Origin: Candidatus Nitrosopumilus koreensis AR1
GTDB taxonomy: Archaea; Thermoproteota; Nitrososphaeria; Nitrososphaerales; Nitrosopumilaceae
Length of the DNA: 32,000 nucleotides
Direction: 5' to 3'
NCBI RefSeq assembly: GCF_000299365.1
Contig: NC_018655.1
Coordinates: 1,230,001-1,262,000, forward strand
Below the pieces are notes generated by a model. That model was not told where the DNA came from. It ran no database searches and saw only the letters and a program-made list of their open reading frames with translations. This document shows positions 9,160-18,891 of this stretch, in pieces. Every line of letters begins with the position of its first letter. The stretch's first letter is position 1. Made by a program: the position numbers and the translations under genes.

Positions 9160-11322
9160 TCAAACAGGCAAAACTATATGAAAAGTTGTAGGGTTTAGAG
9201 ATACAGAGATAGAACCTCCATGTTGTTCTATAATGTTTTTACAGGTAGTTAATCCCAATCCAGTACCCTGTTGTTTGGTAGTTGTCAAAGGTTCAAAAAC
9301 AGAATCAACGATATTTTTTGGTATTCCAATACCAGAATCTTGAAAATAAATATGGATTAGATTGTCGGTTTTTTTGTAGAATATTTTGATACTACCATCT
9401 TTATCCCCTATTGCATGAATTGAATTATGAATCAGATTAATGAAAACAATTTCAAGTTTATTGAGATCTGCACGAACTTCTAATTTTTCTTTTGGGAGTT
9501 CAACAGATATATGTTTTGGAATCATGATTTGAGTCAGCACATCTTGCAAAAATGATTTAAGTTCTAATGAGGAGTAATCAAGTTTGGATGTTTTTACAAA
9601 ATTTAACACATCATTAATTTGATGATCAATTCTACGTATAGATTTTTCAACAGATTCAAAATATTTTGTTAGTTCTTTTTCTTGTATGGTTTTCATTCTC
9701 AACACAATAACAGAATTTTTAATGGCTGTAAGCGGGTTTTTAATATCATGTGCAATACGAGCAGATAATTCACCTATCGTAAGCAATTTTTCAGTTTTTA
9801 GATTTTTTTCAACTATCTTTAATTTTTCTTGGAGTTGTTTTAATTCAGAAATATTAACTAAAACAGTATTACTTCCAATCAGAGCATTATTAGCATCATA
9901 CAGGTTCGATACTGAAATCAAACAAGTCACAATTTTACCGCTCTTTGATTCTAAATCAATCTCTAAACCTTGAACATTACCATGACCCTTCCAAGTCTGA
10001 AAAATTTGTTCTAATTTTTTCTTATCATGATCAGCAACGTGATCGAATATGTGTGCTCCTATAACTTCATTTTTAGAATATTCAAGGGTTTCACAATATT
10101 TCTTATTACAATTATTGATTTTCCCATCCAATCCAACACTTCTTAACATCTCAGGCATGCCATCATAGAGATTTTGATATCTTTCTGAAAGCGATTTGAT
10201 GGAGTCAGTGTATGATTTTATTTCATCAACCATTTGTTTGAAACTTCGTGCTAATTTTCCAATTTCATCATTACCAAATTTACTAATATCAATCTGAAAT
10301 TGCCTTTGAGTAATGTTACTAGTCTGAGATTCCAAAATACGTATAGGTCTTGTAAGAATTCGGGCAAAATATAACGAAGTTGCAATTGCAACAAGAATAG
10401 AAAATACGATCAATATTATCAATAGAATAATAGTCTGGTAAAAGGAACCAAATAATTCTGGAGAAGAAAATTCAATTGCATAATAATAATCATCATAATT
10501 TGTAGAAATTAGATAGAAAACTGAATCATGATAATGTATAGTTTGTATCAAAGAATTATCTACTAGATTGTTTAACGATGTTTGTAATTGTAGTTTTTTT
10601 TCATTTGAGAAATTATTAAAAAAAGATGTTGCAGATTGGATGTCTTTTGAAATAGTATCACCATCAGAATTTATAATGGTACGAGACAAATAAGAATTTG
10701 AAGAGAAAGTAGGTGGCAACACAACATCATAAATTAATAACACATATCCAATAGTTTCGACATCATTATTGATGGTACTCAAAAATCCCAGACTATTTCC
10801 AAAGCGCATATCAAATTCAGAAATAACATTTAATTTTTTTAAATCATTTTTGTTTTGAATTTTCATTTGAATATATTCTACATATGGCTTGTACGAAGAA
10901 AGAACATCTACAGTGTAAACCATATTACTAAATTTATCAAAAATAATAATATTTTGAATATTTTTATTGTTATTTTCAAAGGAAGAGGAAATAGACTCTA
11001 GTTGGAAGAGATATGGTAATGATTCAACAGAGGTTGATGTATCCAAAAAAGTCATTGAATGGATAAGTATGTTATTTTTTGAAAAAATATCTAAAGAATT
11101 TTCAATATAAGACAGGTTATCATAGATTTGAGTTTGTCCAGAAATTAAATCAGAATTTATTTCAGATTGAACAGTATTTGAAAAATTTTCATATTCATTT
11201 ATCAACAAAAAAGTACTAAAAAGAGTCAAAGGGATGACGCTAGATAACAAGACAATGAAGAGCAGCCTATGATAGAAACTAGAAAAAAAATTCATGACTG
11301 GTTTTCCCAGGAATTTCCCCAT
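9160..11322 (-). CDS. membrane sensor histidine kinase (extracellular sensor, HAMP, PAS, HisKA, HATPase_c)
   Basis: Two TMs flanking ~240 aa extracellular region; HAMP; PAS; SARIAHDIKNPLTAIK H-box; FIDLIHNSIHAIGD-type N-box; FQDSGIGIPK; GLGLTTCKNIIEQHGG. Confidence 0.92.
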   Translation of the reverse strand: MGKFLGKPVMNFFSSFYHRLLFIVLLSSVIPLTLFSTFLLINEYENFSNTVQSEINSDLISGQTQIYDNLSYIENSLDIFSKNNILIHSMTFLDTSTSVESLPYLFQLESISSSFENNNKNIQNIIIFDKFSNMVYTVDVLSSYKPYVEYIQMKIQNKNDLKKLNVISEFDMRFGNSLGFLSTINNDVETIGYVLLIYDVVLPPTFSSNSYLSRTIINSDGDTISKDIQSATSFFNNFSNEKKLQLQTSLNNLVDNSLIQTIHYHDSVFYLISTNYDDYYYAIEFSSPELFGSFYQTIILLIILIVFSILVAIATSLYFARILTRPIRILESQTSNITQRQFQIDISKFGNDEIGKLARSFKQMVDEIKSYTDSIKSLSERYQNLYDGMPEMLRSVGLDGKINNCNKKYCETLEYSKNEVIGAHIFDHVADHDKKKLEQIFQTWKGHGNVQGLEIDLESKSGKIVTCLISVSNLYDANNALIGSNTVLVNISELKQLQEKLKIVEKNLKTEKLLTIGELSARIAHDIKNPLTAIKNSVIVLRMKTIQEKELTKYFESVEKSIRRIDHQINDVLNFVKTSKLDYSSLELKSFLQDVLTQIMIPKHISVELPKEKLEVRADLNKLEIVFINLIHNSIHAIGDKDGSIKIFYKKTDNLIHIYFQDSGIGIPKNIVDSVFEPLTTTKQQGTGLGLTTCKNIIEQHGGSISVSLNPTTFHIVLPV

Positions 11323-12581
11323 TTTGCATAAAGGTAATTTAAGAAATCATTCCATTCACCGACTGTTCTTGTATCAGGGTAAGGATTAGGAGGGATGGGG
11401 TTTTGAGAGCTGAAAATAATTTCAACTTGACCATCAGACAAGATTTTACCTATACGCATAGTTTTGTAAACATGATTAGTAGGATCAATACCAGTTATTC
11501 CACTAGGGGCAGAAAAGGTAATTTGTTTTAACTTATCAAGCACGTCATCATTTTCAAAAGAATTTGCTTTTTCAACAGCCTTTGCATAAAGGTAAATTCC
11601 TACATAAGCTGCCTCCATAGAATCAGAAATGAAATACTTAGACCCAAGTGTTTTTTTAATATTTGACACAAATTGACGGTTCTCATAACTGGGTATATTT
11701 TCAAAATAATTCCACACAAGATAATCATCTTCTACAGATACAGCATAATTAGAGATTTGTGATTGACTCAAACTAAAAGACATGGTAGGAATCAGATCAG
11801 AAGTTATTCCCTGTTTTCTTAATTCTTTAAAAAAATATTCGTTGCTATCACCGTTAATAGTGTTAATAATTACATCAGGATTTGTTTTCTTTATGTTTGC
11901 AACTATATCCACAAAATTTTTTGCTCCAAGTAATGCATATTCTTCTCCAACAATATCAAAACCGTATGTTTTAGAATAGTCTTTGATTATTGTATTTGCA
12001 CTATATGGAAAAACATAATCAGACCCCACCAAGAAAAATTTTGTTCCAAGATTTTCTTGTGCCCAGATTATTCCAGGTATTACCTGTTGATTCGGGGCAG
12101 CCCCCAGATAAAGAATATTCGGACGAGATTCTAATCCTTCGTATTGTACAGGATAAAATAAAACCGCATCATATTCATCTAATACAGGAATCATGCTTTT
12201 TCTACTTGCGGAAGTCCATCCACCAAAAATTACAGACACATTATCATCTTTTAGTAAATCGGTTGCTCTAGATGCAAATGTTTGTCCATTTGATTCACCA
12301 TCATAAATTATTGGAACAATTTTTTTATCTAACAAACCACCTTTGGAATTAATTTCTTCAATCGCAAATAATGTTGCATTAAGCACAGGCAATTCACTTG
12401 AGGCCATAGTTCCAGTTAACGAATGTAATATTCCAACTTTAATCACATCGTGTTGTTGAGAAATATTTTGACTTGGAGTTAATACAGATTCAGAATCAAA
12501 TGAAAAGAAGAAAAAAAGACCTAAAGCAAAAACAAAGAATCCAATTAATGCAAGAATCACAAATTCATTTCTTTGATTCAA
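11292..12581 (-). CDS. periplasmic-binding-protein-like protein of the UrtA/AmiC (urea / short-chain amide) family
   Basis: VKVGILHSLTGTMASSELPVLNATLFAIEEINSKGGLLDKKI; YPVQYEGLESRPNILYLGAAPNQQVIPG; 31-nt overlap with the kinase gene; N-terminal TM. Confidence 0.85.
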   Translation of the reverse strand: MNQRNEFVILALIGFFVFALGLFFFFSFDSESVLTPSQNISQQHDVIKVGILHSLTGTMASSELPVLNATLFAIEEINSKGGLLDKKIVPIIYDGESNGQTFASRATDLLKDDNVSVIFGGWTSASRKSMIPVLDEYDAVLFYPVQYEGLESRPNILYLGAAPNQQVIPGIIWAQENLGTKFFLVGSDYVFPYSANTIIKDYSKTYGFDIVGEEYALLGAKNFVDIVANIKKTNPDVIINTINGDSNEYFFKELRKQGITSDLIPTMSFSLSQSQISNYAVSVEDDYLVWNYFENIPSYENRQFVSNIKKTLGSKYFISDSMEAAYVGIYLYAKAVEKANSFENDDVLDKLKQITFSAPSGITGIDPTNHVYKTMRIGKILSDGQVEIIFSSQNPIPPNPYPDTRTVGEWNDFLNYLYAKWGNSWENQS

Positions 12582-12705
12582 TTTTTTTCAGTATATTTTG
12601 AATTATTTATCTATGTTTATCATAGTTTGAAAAAAGATGTAAAAAAATATCACCTTACATCACGGCAAATAGAAAGGATTATCAATTATCATTAGAAATC
12701 ATTGT

Positions 12706-13066
12706 GTGGATGAAGTAAAATTTGAAGAGTTATGCAAACAAATCTTTGCAATAAATGAAAAAATCCGTTTTGTAGGTATTGTAGAAAATAACAAGTTTTT
12801 TTATAAAATGAGAGAAGGAATAAACTCATATCTTTCTAAAAAAACAAACAGAAGAATCTCTTCTAGGAGCATTGAAAAGATGGGAAATTAGAGATGAATT
12901 TAAAGAAGAGATTGGAGATGCGTTTTACGCAATGGCAATGTATGAACAAACAAAACGATTTACAATGAAGATGGGAAAGGGATTGTTGTGCATCAGTACA
13001 GAAATAGATGTTGATAACGATGAGATTGTCATGAAGGTACTAAATGAAACCAGTAAGGTATTATGA
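12706..13066 (+). CDS. small archaeal protein of unknown function, interrupted by frameshift at 12838-12844
   Basis: ORFs 12706..12891 and 12872..13066 join as ...INSYLSKK/QTEESLLGALKRWEIRDEFKEEIGDAFYAMAMY...; resembles the protein at 31600..31986 in pattern. Confidence 0.6.
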
Positions 13067-13165
13067 TATAGACATTAAATATCAGATCCGTGATTAGTAA
13101 GAATAGATTGATATACACATAGAGTCCAGTTTTTGTCAAAGTCCACAATTTTAGAGTGAAAAAGA

Positions 13166-14827
13166 ATGAAATGGAAAACACTACAACACAACGGAATCTT
13201 ATTTCCTCCTGCCTATGAGGCACAGGGTATTAAAATAAAGATCAAAGGAGAAAAAATCAATCTCAGTTTAGAGCAGGAAGAGATGGTATACCAATGGGCA
13301 AAAAAGAAAGACACCCCATATGCTCAAGACAAAGTTTTTCAAAAAAATTTTACAGCAGATTTTGCAAAAACACTAGATTCTAAATTTAAAAAAATTTCAT
13401 ATGAAGATATTGATTTTTCTGATGCTTACAAGCTTGTAGACAAAGAAAAAGATCTCAAAGAGATGATGACAAAAGAAGAAAAAAAGGCAATTGCTGCAAA
13501 AAGAAAAGAGCTTCGTGAAGAACTCAAAGCAAAATACGGAGTTGCCATCATGGATGGAATAAAAGTCGAAGTTGGAAACTACATGGCAGAACCACCAGGA
13601 ATTTTTATTGGCAGAGGAGAGCATCCATTACGAGGACGATGGAAACCTCGTGTTACACCAAAAGATGTCACGCTAAACATGGGAAAAGAGGCAAAAATTC
13701 CTGAAGGAAAATGGGGTAAAATTATTCATGATAAAGATTCAATGTGGCTTGCAAGTTGGATGGATTTTCTTACACAAAAAAGAAAGTATGTTTGGCTTGC
13801 AGACACTGCAGGACTAAAACAAGACAGAGACAAAGAAAAGTATGAAAAAGCAGTAAAGCTTGCAAAAGAAATTGAAAAAATCAAAGATAGAATTGTAAAA
13901 GATATGAAGAGTGCGGATCCAAAAATTAGTAGAATTGCTACTGCATGTTATTTGATTTACAGAACTGCTATGAGAGTGGGAGATGAAAAGGATCCAGAAG
14001 AAGCAGATACTGTTGGTGCAACTACCCTAAGAAAAGAACATATCAAAATTACTTCAGATGCAATAGAATTTGACTTTTTAGGAAAAGACAGCGTCAGATG
14101 GCAAGAGACAGTCAAAGCAGAAGGACAAGACAAACAATTTCAAGAAAACCTCAAGAAATTAGTAGAAAAGAAAAAACCAAAAGATGAGATTTTTCACGAT
14201 ATAACTTCACGACATGTTAATGCATATTATTCTAGTATTGTAAAGGGACTTACTGCAAAAGTATTCAGAACATATCTGGCAACAACCGTGGTCAAAGATT
14301 ATCTAAAAGAACATGACAACATGAAGGGAAAATCAGACAATGAGAAACTATACCATGCAAAACTAGCAAATCTTGAAGCCGCAATTATGTGTAATCACAA
14401 ACGAACCATACCAAAAACGTTTGAGCAGTCATTACAAAAAAAGAAAGATACTCTCAAGAACAGGGAAAAAGAAAAAGCATGGGAGAAAACACAGCAGACC
14501 CTCAAAAAAGTAGAATCAACTGAGCCAAAGACAGAGACTCAAAAAAAGAACAAGGCAAAAAGAATCAAGACATTAAATGAGCAAATCAAGAAACAAAAAC
14601 AAAAACACAAAGAACGAATTGAGAAACTAAAGTTACAGGTTGACTTGTCAGAAAGGACTAGGGATTACAATCTTGGAACGTCACTTAGAAATTACATAGA
14701 TCCACGTGTTTTCAAGGCATGGACTGATGAGGTAGGTGCAGAATGGGAGAAATTGTATACTGCTGCACTTCAAAAGAAGTTCCTCTGGGTCAAAAATGAA
14801 AACGTAAAGTGGAAGGAAATTAAATAA
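13166..14827 (+). CDS. DNA topoisomerase IB (eukaryotic type)
   Basis: FIGRGEHPLRGRWKPRV, KIIHDKDSMWLASW, YRTAMRVGDEKD, KVFRTYLATTV, C-terminal LGTSLRNYIDPR catalytic Tyr motif. Confidence 0.93.
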   Translation: MKWKTLQHNGILFPPAYEAQGIKIKIKGEKINLSLEQEEMVYQWAKKKDTPYAQDKVFQKNFTADFAKTLDSKFKKISYEDIDFSDAYKLVDKEKDLKEMMTKEEKKAIAAKRKELREELKAKYGVAIMDGIKVEVGNYMAEPPGIFIGRGEHPLRGRWKPRVTPKDVTLNMGKEAKIPEGKWGKIIHDKDSMWLASWMDFLTQKRKYVWLADTAGLKQDRDKEKYEKAVKLAKEIEKIKDRIVKDMKSADPKISRIATACYLIYRTAMRVGDEKDPEEADTVGATTLRKEHIKITSDAIEFDFLGKDSVRWQETVKAEGQDKQFQENLKKLVEKKKPKDEIFHDITSRHVNAYYSSIVKGLTAKVFRTYLATTVVKDYLKEHDNMKGKSDNEKLYHAKLANLEAAIMCNHKRTIPKTFEQSLQKKKDTLKNREKEKAWEKTQQTLKKVESTEPKTETQKKNKAKRIKTLNEQIKKQKQKHKERIEKLKLQVDLSERTRDYNLGTSLRNYIDPRVFKAWTDEVGAEWEKLYTAALQKKFLWVKNENVKWKEIK

Positions 14828-14837
14828 TTAAAAAAGA

Positions 14838-16442
14838 TTACTTGGGAACATATTCAAAGCCAGGTCCCCATGTAGAGCGCTGTCTCTTTTGATAATCCTT
14901 TGAAGACTCTACATCTCCTTTCTTAGGATCATTCATGCCAAGGTGAGGGTCTATCGGAGAATAACCCGAGCATTCAAAATGGAATTCATTTGTTAGTGCA
15001 AATCCATTGTAAAAGCTTTCTTCAAGATCATGTTCTGTTTTAAGAATATAATCAGTTACATGGCAACTTGAATAATCATATCCTCTAGCAAGAACATCTC
15101 CATACATCAAATCAATTTTTACATTAAACAATTCATCATTAGAAGAAACCCCAGTTGATTTTGCACCAGCCTTTCTAGCATTATCAACCACATCATAAAG
15201 CAATGGGGTTACTCCAGGCACTCCTACAAGTTCAAATGTAGGATTTGCTCTTGCAATCAGATTACCCTGATAAAACTCAGGAAATTCTACAATCTCAGTT
15301 CCACTATCAAAACTAAATGTAGCCACGGCTTTAGGACCAGTACCCATGTTATAATCAACTGTGACAGGCTCAGGTTCATTGTCTGGATTTACAGGACTCA
15401 ATCCAGAACACTCAACATCAAGAATTTCTGCAGTAGCAAATCCGCGTTTTCCAGTATACCCTTCTTCTTTATCTTGCAAAGTTAGTATATCATATCCACT
15501 TACAATACAGCCCTCATATTCAAGTCCACGTATTTTTTGTTCAGGTACTGCTGTTAATCCACTCAATTTTTCAGGAATTACAAATTCTACATTAACATCA
15601 AAGTCTTCATTAAAACTTGTCGCAAGGCCATCAACTTTTTGAGATTTTATAATTGCATTGTCAATTAATGGGTGAGGTAGCACTGCAGTGATTATTTGGA
15701 AGCTTGGAGTTCCAATATCTTCCTCACTAAATCCTCCAGTTGATGTAAAGATTACAGATTCTATCTTTTCAGCACCATTATCAAAGTCAAATGTTAGAAA
15801 AGTTCGTAAATCATTTGCTTGTTTGAATGGCAATGCGCCATAATCTGTAAAAGTTCTTTCTCCAGGACGTACACTTGGAAAATTTTCTTTTTGATTGATT
15901 GATACACCACCGCAGTTAAACTCTATGGAATTGACAATAGCAAATCCAGAGTTTGCTGCATGATAGGATTCATAATCATCATTTTGGGTTGTTACAGAAT
16001 GTGAAGTGATTTCACAGTTTCTGTATGAGAATGATTTCAAGGTTGTATCAGCTTGCATTATTTTTACATCCGCATCAAAAAATCTATGATCATATTCAAA
16101 TGCACTACCGCCAGTTAATTTTGCTAGTCTGAATTTGTATGCTTCATCTAATGCCATATGAAGATGAGGGTTATGACCAACTACACCTTCCATCGAAAAA
16201 CTAGTTCCAGAACCAGATACTATATCAGAAGTAGTTGAAAAGACAGGGAAATTTACAGTTTCAACACCGTCTCTAAAATGAAAAGTCGCCACATTGTGTA
16301 TTCCTGCTACAAAATCATATTCATGAGGAATTCCCTCATCATCTGCAAATGCCATGTTTGAAGATACTTGAGAATACATTAGAATTGTTGAGATTATTAG
16401 AATGGATGTCAGAAAAGCGGTTTTTTGAAAAAATCTCTTCAT
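14838..16442 (-). CDS. secreted protein with three tandem ~140-150 aa repeats
   Basis: ORF 14838..16562; internal Met (MKRFFQKTAFLTSILIISTILMYS...AFA) gives a standard signal peptide, so start placed at 16442. Three repeats with conserved YxxC and (E/F)CSG cysteines. Confidence 0.7.
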   Translation of the reverse strand: MKRFFQKTAFLTSILIISTILMYSQVSSNMAFADDEGIPHEYDFVAGIHNVATFHFRDGVETVNFPVFSTTSDIVSGSGTSFSMEGVVGHNPHLHMALDEAYKFRLAKLTGGSAFEYDHRFFDADVKIMQADTTLKSFSYRNCEITSHSVTTQNDDYESYHAANSGFAIVNSIEFNCGGVSINQKENFPSVRPGERTFTDYGALPFKQANDLRTFLTFDFDNGAEKIESVIFTSTGGFSEEDIGTPSFQIITAVLPHPLIDNAIIKSQKVDGLATSFNEDFDVNVEFVIPEKLSGLTAVPEQKIRGLEYEGCIVSGYDILTLQDKEEGYTGKRGFATAEILDVECSGLSPVNPDNEPEPVTVDYNMGTGPKAVATFSFDSGTEIVEFPEFYQGNLIARANPTFELVGVPGVTPLLYDVVDNARKAGAKSTGVSSNDELFNVKIDLMYGDVLARGYDYSSCHVTDYILKTEHDLEESFYNGFALTNEFHFECSGYSPIDPHLGMNDPKKGDVESSKDYQKRQRSTWGPGFEYVPK

Positions 16443-16593
16443 TGAGGCCAATATTCCAAAAAAGAAGTTAAAGAGTGAGTATTCATTGCAAGGCAGTGTA
16501 TTTTTTTGAAAAAATTTAGTTATAAAAAAACAAAAATGCAAGCAAAATTTTGAAAGAATCATTTAATTTCCCATATTTTCAGGCATATACTAT

Positions 16594-16707
16594 GCCGGGG
16601 TAGCTCAGCCTGGTTAGAGTGCCAGTTACTTGGTAAACTCTAGCGGTTCTCCAACTAAGGCAATACTCATAATCTGGAGGTCGCGAGTTCGAAACTCGCC
16701 CCCGGCA
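16594..16707 (+). tRNA. tRNA-Met(CAT), elongator-like, with 39-nt non-canonical intron (16626..16664)
   Basis: Acceptor GCCGGGG/CCCCGGC, D arm GCTC..GAGT, T arm GCGAG-TTCGAAA-CTCGC. Removing 16626..16664 gives anticodon arm CCAGA-CTCATAA-TCTGG; mature 75 nt. Confidence 0.9.
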
Positions 16708-16830
16708 CACATACGGCATCCAACTAAAGATGCAATACAGTACCAGGTTCAAAACTATGTAGAACTATGCAATTTTCACAGGGTATCTAACTACACTGCA
16801 ATGGAGTTTAATTCACGTGGGCTTGGATAA

Positions 16831-17631
16831 TTAGGATATTTTGAATAATTTTTTTGCATGTTTATACATGAAACCATCCCTGAACTCACTTTTGATTTTC
16901 AATTTTGCAACAAAATTAAGATAAGAATCCATTGTACTTATTGGCCAATCAGTACCGTATAGAAGATAACGAGGTTCACCTGCATAGTTGATAAGCTCTG
17001 CAACTTTTTCCTTTATCATTTTTTCAAAATAATGATCAAACGAACCTATTACCAATCCAGAAACGTCTGCATACACATTCTTATTTTTGTAGAGAACTTC
17101 TTGGGCATCTTGAATCCAAGGATTTCCTAAATGACACATAACAATTTTTAGTTCAGGATTGTCTACTGCAACCTCATCTAGGTTAAGTGGTCTTGCAAAA
17201 CGCAACTTTCCCTTTTCAGAATAAGTATCTCCCGTATGAAACATCACAGGAATGCCAAACTCTATGCATGTATCATAGACTTTTTGGTAACGCTCGTCAT
17301 ACGGATAATAATGCTCATATCCAGAATAAATCTTCATGGCTTTGATTTTACCGTCTTTTATCCATTGCCGATACTTTCGCAAGTCATCATCTGTATGGTT
17401 GTCAATGGTAAATCCTGCTGCAATCCCTAAATTGTCATATTTTTGAATGGCGTCAATGATCTGTTTTGTTGATGGACGTTCAGAATTGACTTTGTAAGAA
17501 GACAGTATTATGGCATAATCTACATTATTGTTGGTCATCTCAGTTTGAAGTGCGTTTAAACGATCTTCCAAGTTTGGAACATTCTGAAGTAGTTCGTATT
17601 GATTTATGTGAACGTGGCAATCAATGATCAT
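16831..17631 (-). CDS. TIM-barrel amidohydrolase (COG2159-like)
   Basis: MIIDCHVHIN, VMFHTGDT, IVMCHLGNPW, LLYGTDWPIS. Confidence 0.88.
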   Translation of the reverse strand: MIIDCHVHINQYELLQNVPNLEDRLNALQTEMTNNNVDYAIILSSYKVNSERPSTKQIIDAIQKYDNLGIAAGFTIDNHTDDDLRKYRQWIKDGKIKAMKIYSGYEHYYPYDERYQKVYDTCIEFGIPVMFHTGDTYSEKGKLRFARPLNLDEVAVDNPELKIVMCHLGNPWIQDAQEVLYKNKNVYADVSGLVIGSFDHYFEKMIKEKVAELINYAGEPRYLLYGTDWPISTMDSYLNFVAKLKIKSEFRDGFMYKHAKKLFKIS

Positions 17632-18268
17632 TGTCTACAAAATTGGGGTTTTTCCATTCAATAAAAGTTGCATAGTTTAGAGACCTAGAATCTTTGATGT
17701 AATTTGGCAGAATTTTGATAAATCTGAACCCATTTCTTAATTGGAATGATAAAACAGGTTCTCGTATTTCATGGCGTTTGACCTTTTTGACATAATCAAT
17801 CGGAGTCAATGATTCTGCATGTTCACAGTAATTGAAGATTCTTCCGCCTGCAATAATCCTTTTTAGTCCTAATTTTATTGCAAGATCCTTTCGGGCATTA
17901 TACAATTTTGTGGCAATTCCCAATCGTCTAAAATCAGGATGAGTTAATACCTCTGCTCCATAAAGAGTATCTCCTTTCGGATCATGATTTTTAAACATGC
18001 TATCTCCACAGACTTCTCTCCACGAATGTTCTTTGTATTCAGGATTTAATGTGATTATCAAACTACTAGACGAACCAACTATCATGTCTTTGTATTCTGC
18101 TACAATCTGCCCCTCAGGAAATTTGTTTATATGCTCTTTGAGGTGCTTGGGTTTCCAATAGACCCCTTCAGCTGCCATGTAAGGAAAGGCAACTTTTTCT
18201 AATTCAATAATTTTTGAGATATCCTCCAAATCCATTTTACGGACAGTTACATAGTTTTTAGTATTCAT
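17621..18268 (-). CDS. GNAT family N-acetyltransferase
   Basis: LTHPDFRRLGIATKLYNARKDLA acetyl-CoA site; 11-nt overlap with the amidohydrolase gene. Confidence 0.85.
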   Translation of the reverse strand: MNTKNYVTVRKMDLEDISKIIELEKVAFPYMAAEGVYWKPKHLKEHINKFPEGQIVAEYKDMIVGSSSSLIITLNPEYKEHSWREVCGDSMFKNHDPKGDTLYGAEVLTHPDFRRLGIATKLYNARKDLAIKLGLKRIIAGGRIFNYCEHAESLTPIDYVKKVKRHEIREPVLSFQLRNGFRFIKILPNYIKDSRSLNYATFIEWKNPNFVDNDH

Positions 18269-18405
18269 GTTATTTTTAGCAATTTTATAGTATTTTTTTA
18301 CAAATAAAAGAATTCAGAGAATTGGTTGAATGTGTATGGGATTTGATCTCAGGGAATTAGACTAGTTTGAACATTTTTGTTTTATCTTTATTATGCAAAG
18401 ATATG

Positions 18406-18567
18406 TCATGATTCCTTGTGTTGAACAACCCAGTCTTTGATTGCCATGTCTGTGCGATGTTTCTGACATCTGACATGAGGACATGGAATCAATCTAGTGC
18501 ATTCTGGCTCTTCACATTTTCTATATGATCCTGGAATGTTGGTTCCTTTAGGAGAAATTAATGTCAT
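18406..18567 (-). CDS. 53-aa Cys/His-rich small protein
   Basis: Hand translation: MTLISPKGTNIPGSYRKCEEPECTRLIPCPHVRCQKHRTDMAIKDWVVQHKES*. Confidence 0.5.
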   Translation of the reverse strand: MTLISPKGTNIPGSYRKCEEPECTRLIPCPHVRCQKHRTDMAIKDWVVQHKES

Positions 18568-18568
18568 G

Positions 18569-18691
18569 TTAATTTTTTGACCGTTTAGAACTGCTCTTTT
18601 TCAAATGGGTTTTTTCGTGTTTGCGTACTTCATCAAACGTGTATGATGTTCCAATCCAATGAAAATCGCATTGACTGCATCGATACTTCAT
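18569..18691 (-). CDS. 40-aa C2H2-type zinc-finger microprotein (HEKTH family)
   Basis: MKYRCSQCDFHWIGTSYTFDEVRKHEKTHLKKSSSKRSKN*; C-x2-C-x16-H-x3-H, paralogs at 18784, 27405 and 31094. Confidence 0.65.
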   Translation of the reverse strand: MKYRCSQCDFHWIGTSYTFDEVRKHEKTHLKKSSSKRSKN

Positions 18692-18783
18692 TTTTTAAGA
18701 CACCTACACCCACAGTCAAACATTCCAGCTTTTTCCATGCATTGTTCATGATGTTCGTTATAGCACTTGTTACAGGTTATCAT
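18688..18783 (-). CDS. 31-aa Cys-rich microprotein
   Basis: MITCNKCYNEHHEQCMEKAGMFDCGCRCLKK*; near-identical to the 31012..31107 product. Confidence 0.65.
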   Translation of the reverse strand: MITCNKCYNEHHEQCMEKAGMFDCGCRCLKK

Positions 18784-18891
18784 CTATGAAGACCTCTTTA
18801 CCAGATGAGTCTTTTCATGGAGAAGTAATTGCTGGATGTTATCTTCAGCTGCATCCCAAGTGAAATTGCAGTGTTTGCAACGATATGTCAT
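18784..18891 (-). CDS. 35-aa C2H2-type zinc-finger microprotein (HEKTH family)
   Basis: MTYRCKHCNFTWDAAEDNIQQLLLHEKTHLVKRSS*. Confidence 0.6.
   Translation of the reverse strand: MTYRCKHCNFTWDAAEDNIQQLLLHEKTHLVKRSS

Noticed and set aside
16626-16664. Canonical 37/38 intron or alternative Thr(GGT) anticodon for the tRNA
   Set aside because: Neither gives a paired anticodon stem or U33; only the 30/31 excision restores a perfect stem.
16630-16830. 66-aa plus-strand ORF
   Set aside because: Starts inside the tRNA intron and runs through the 3' exon; no protein signature.
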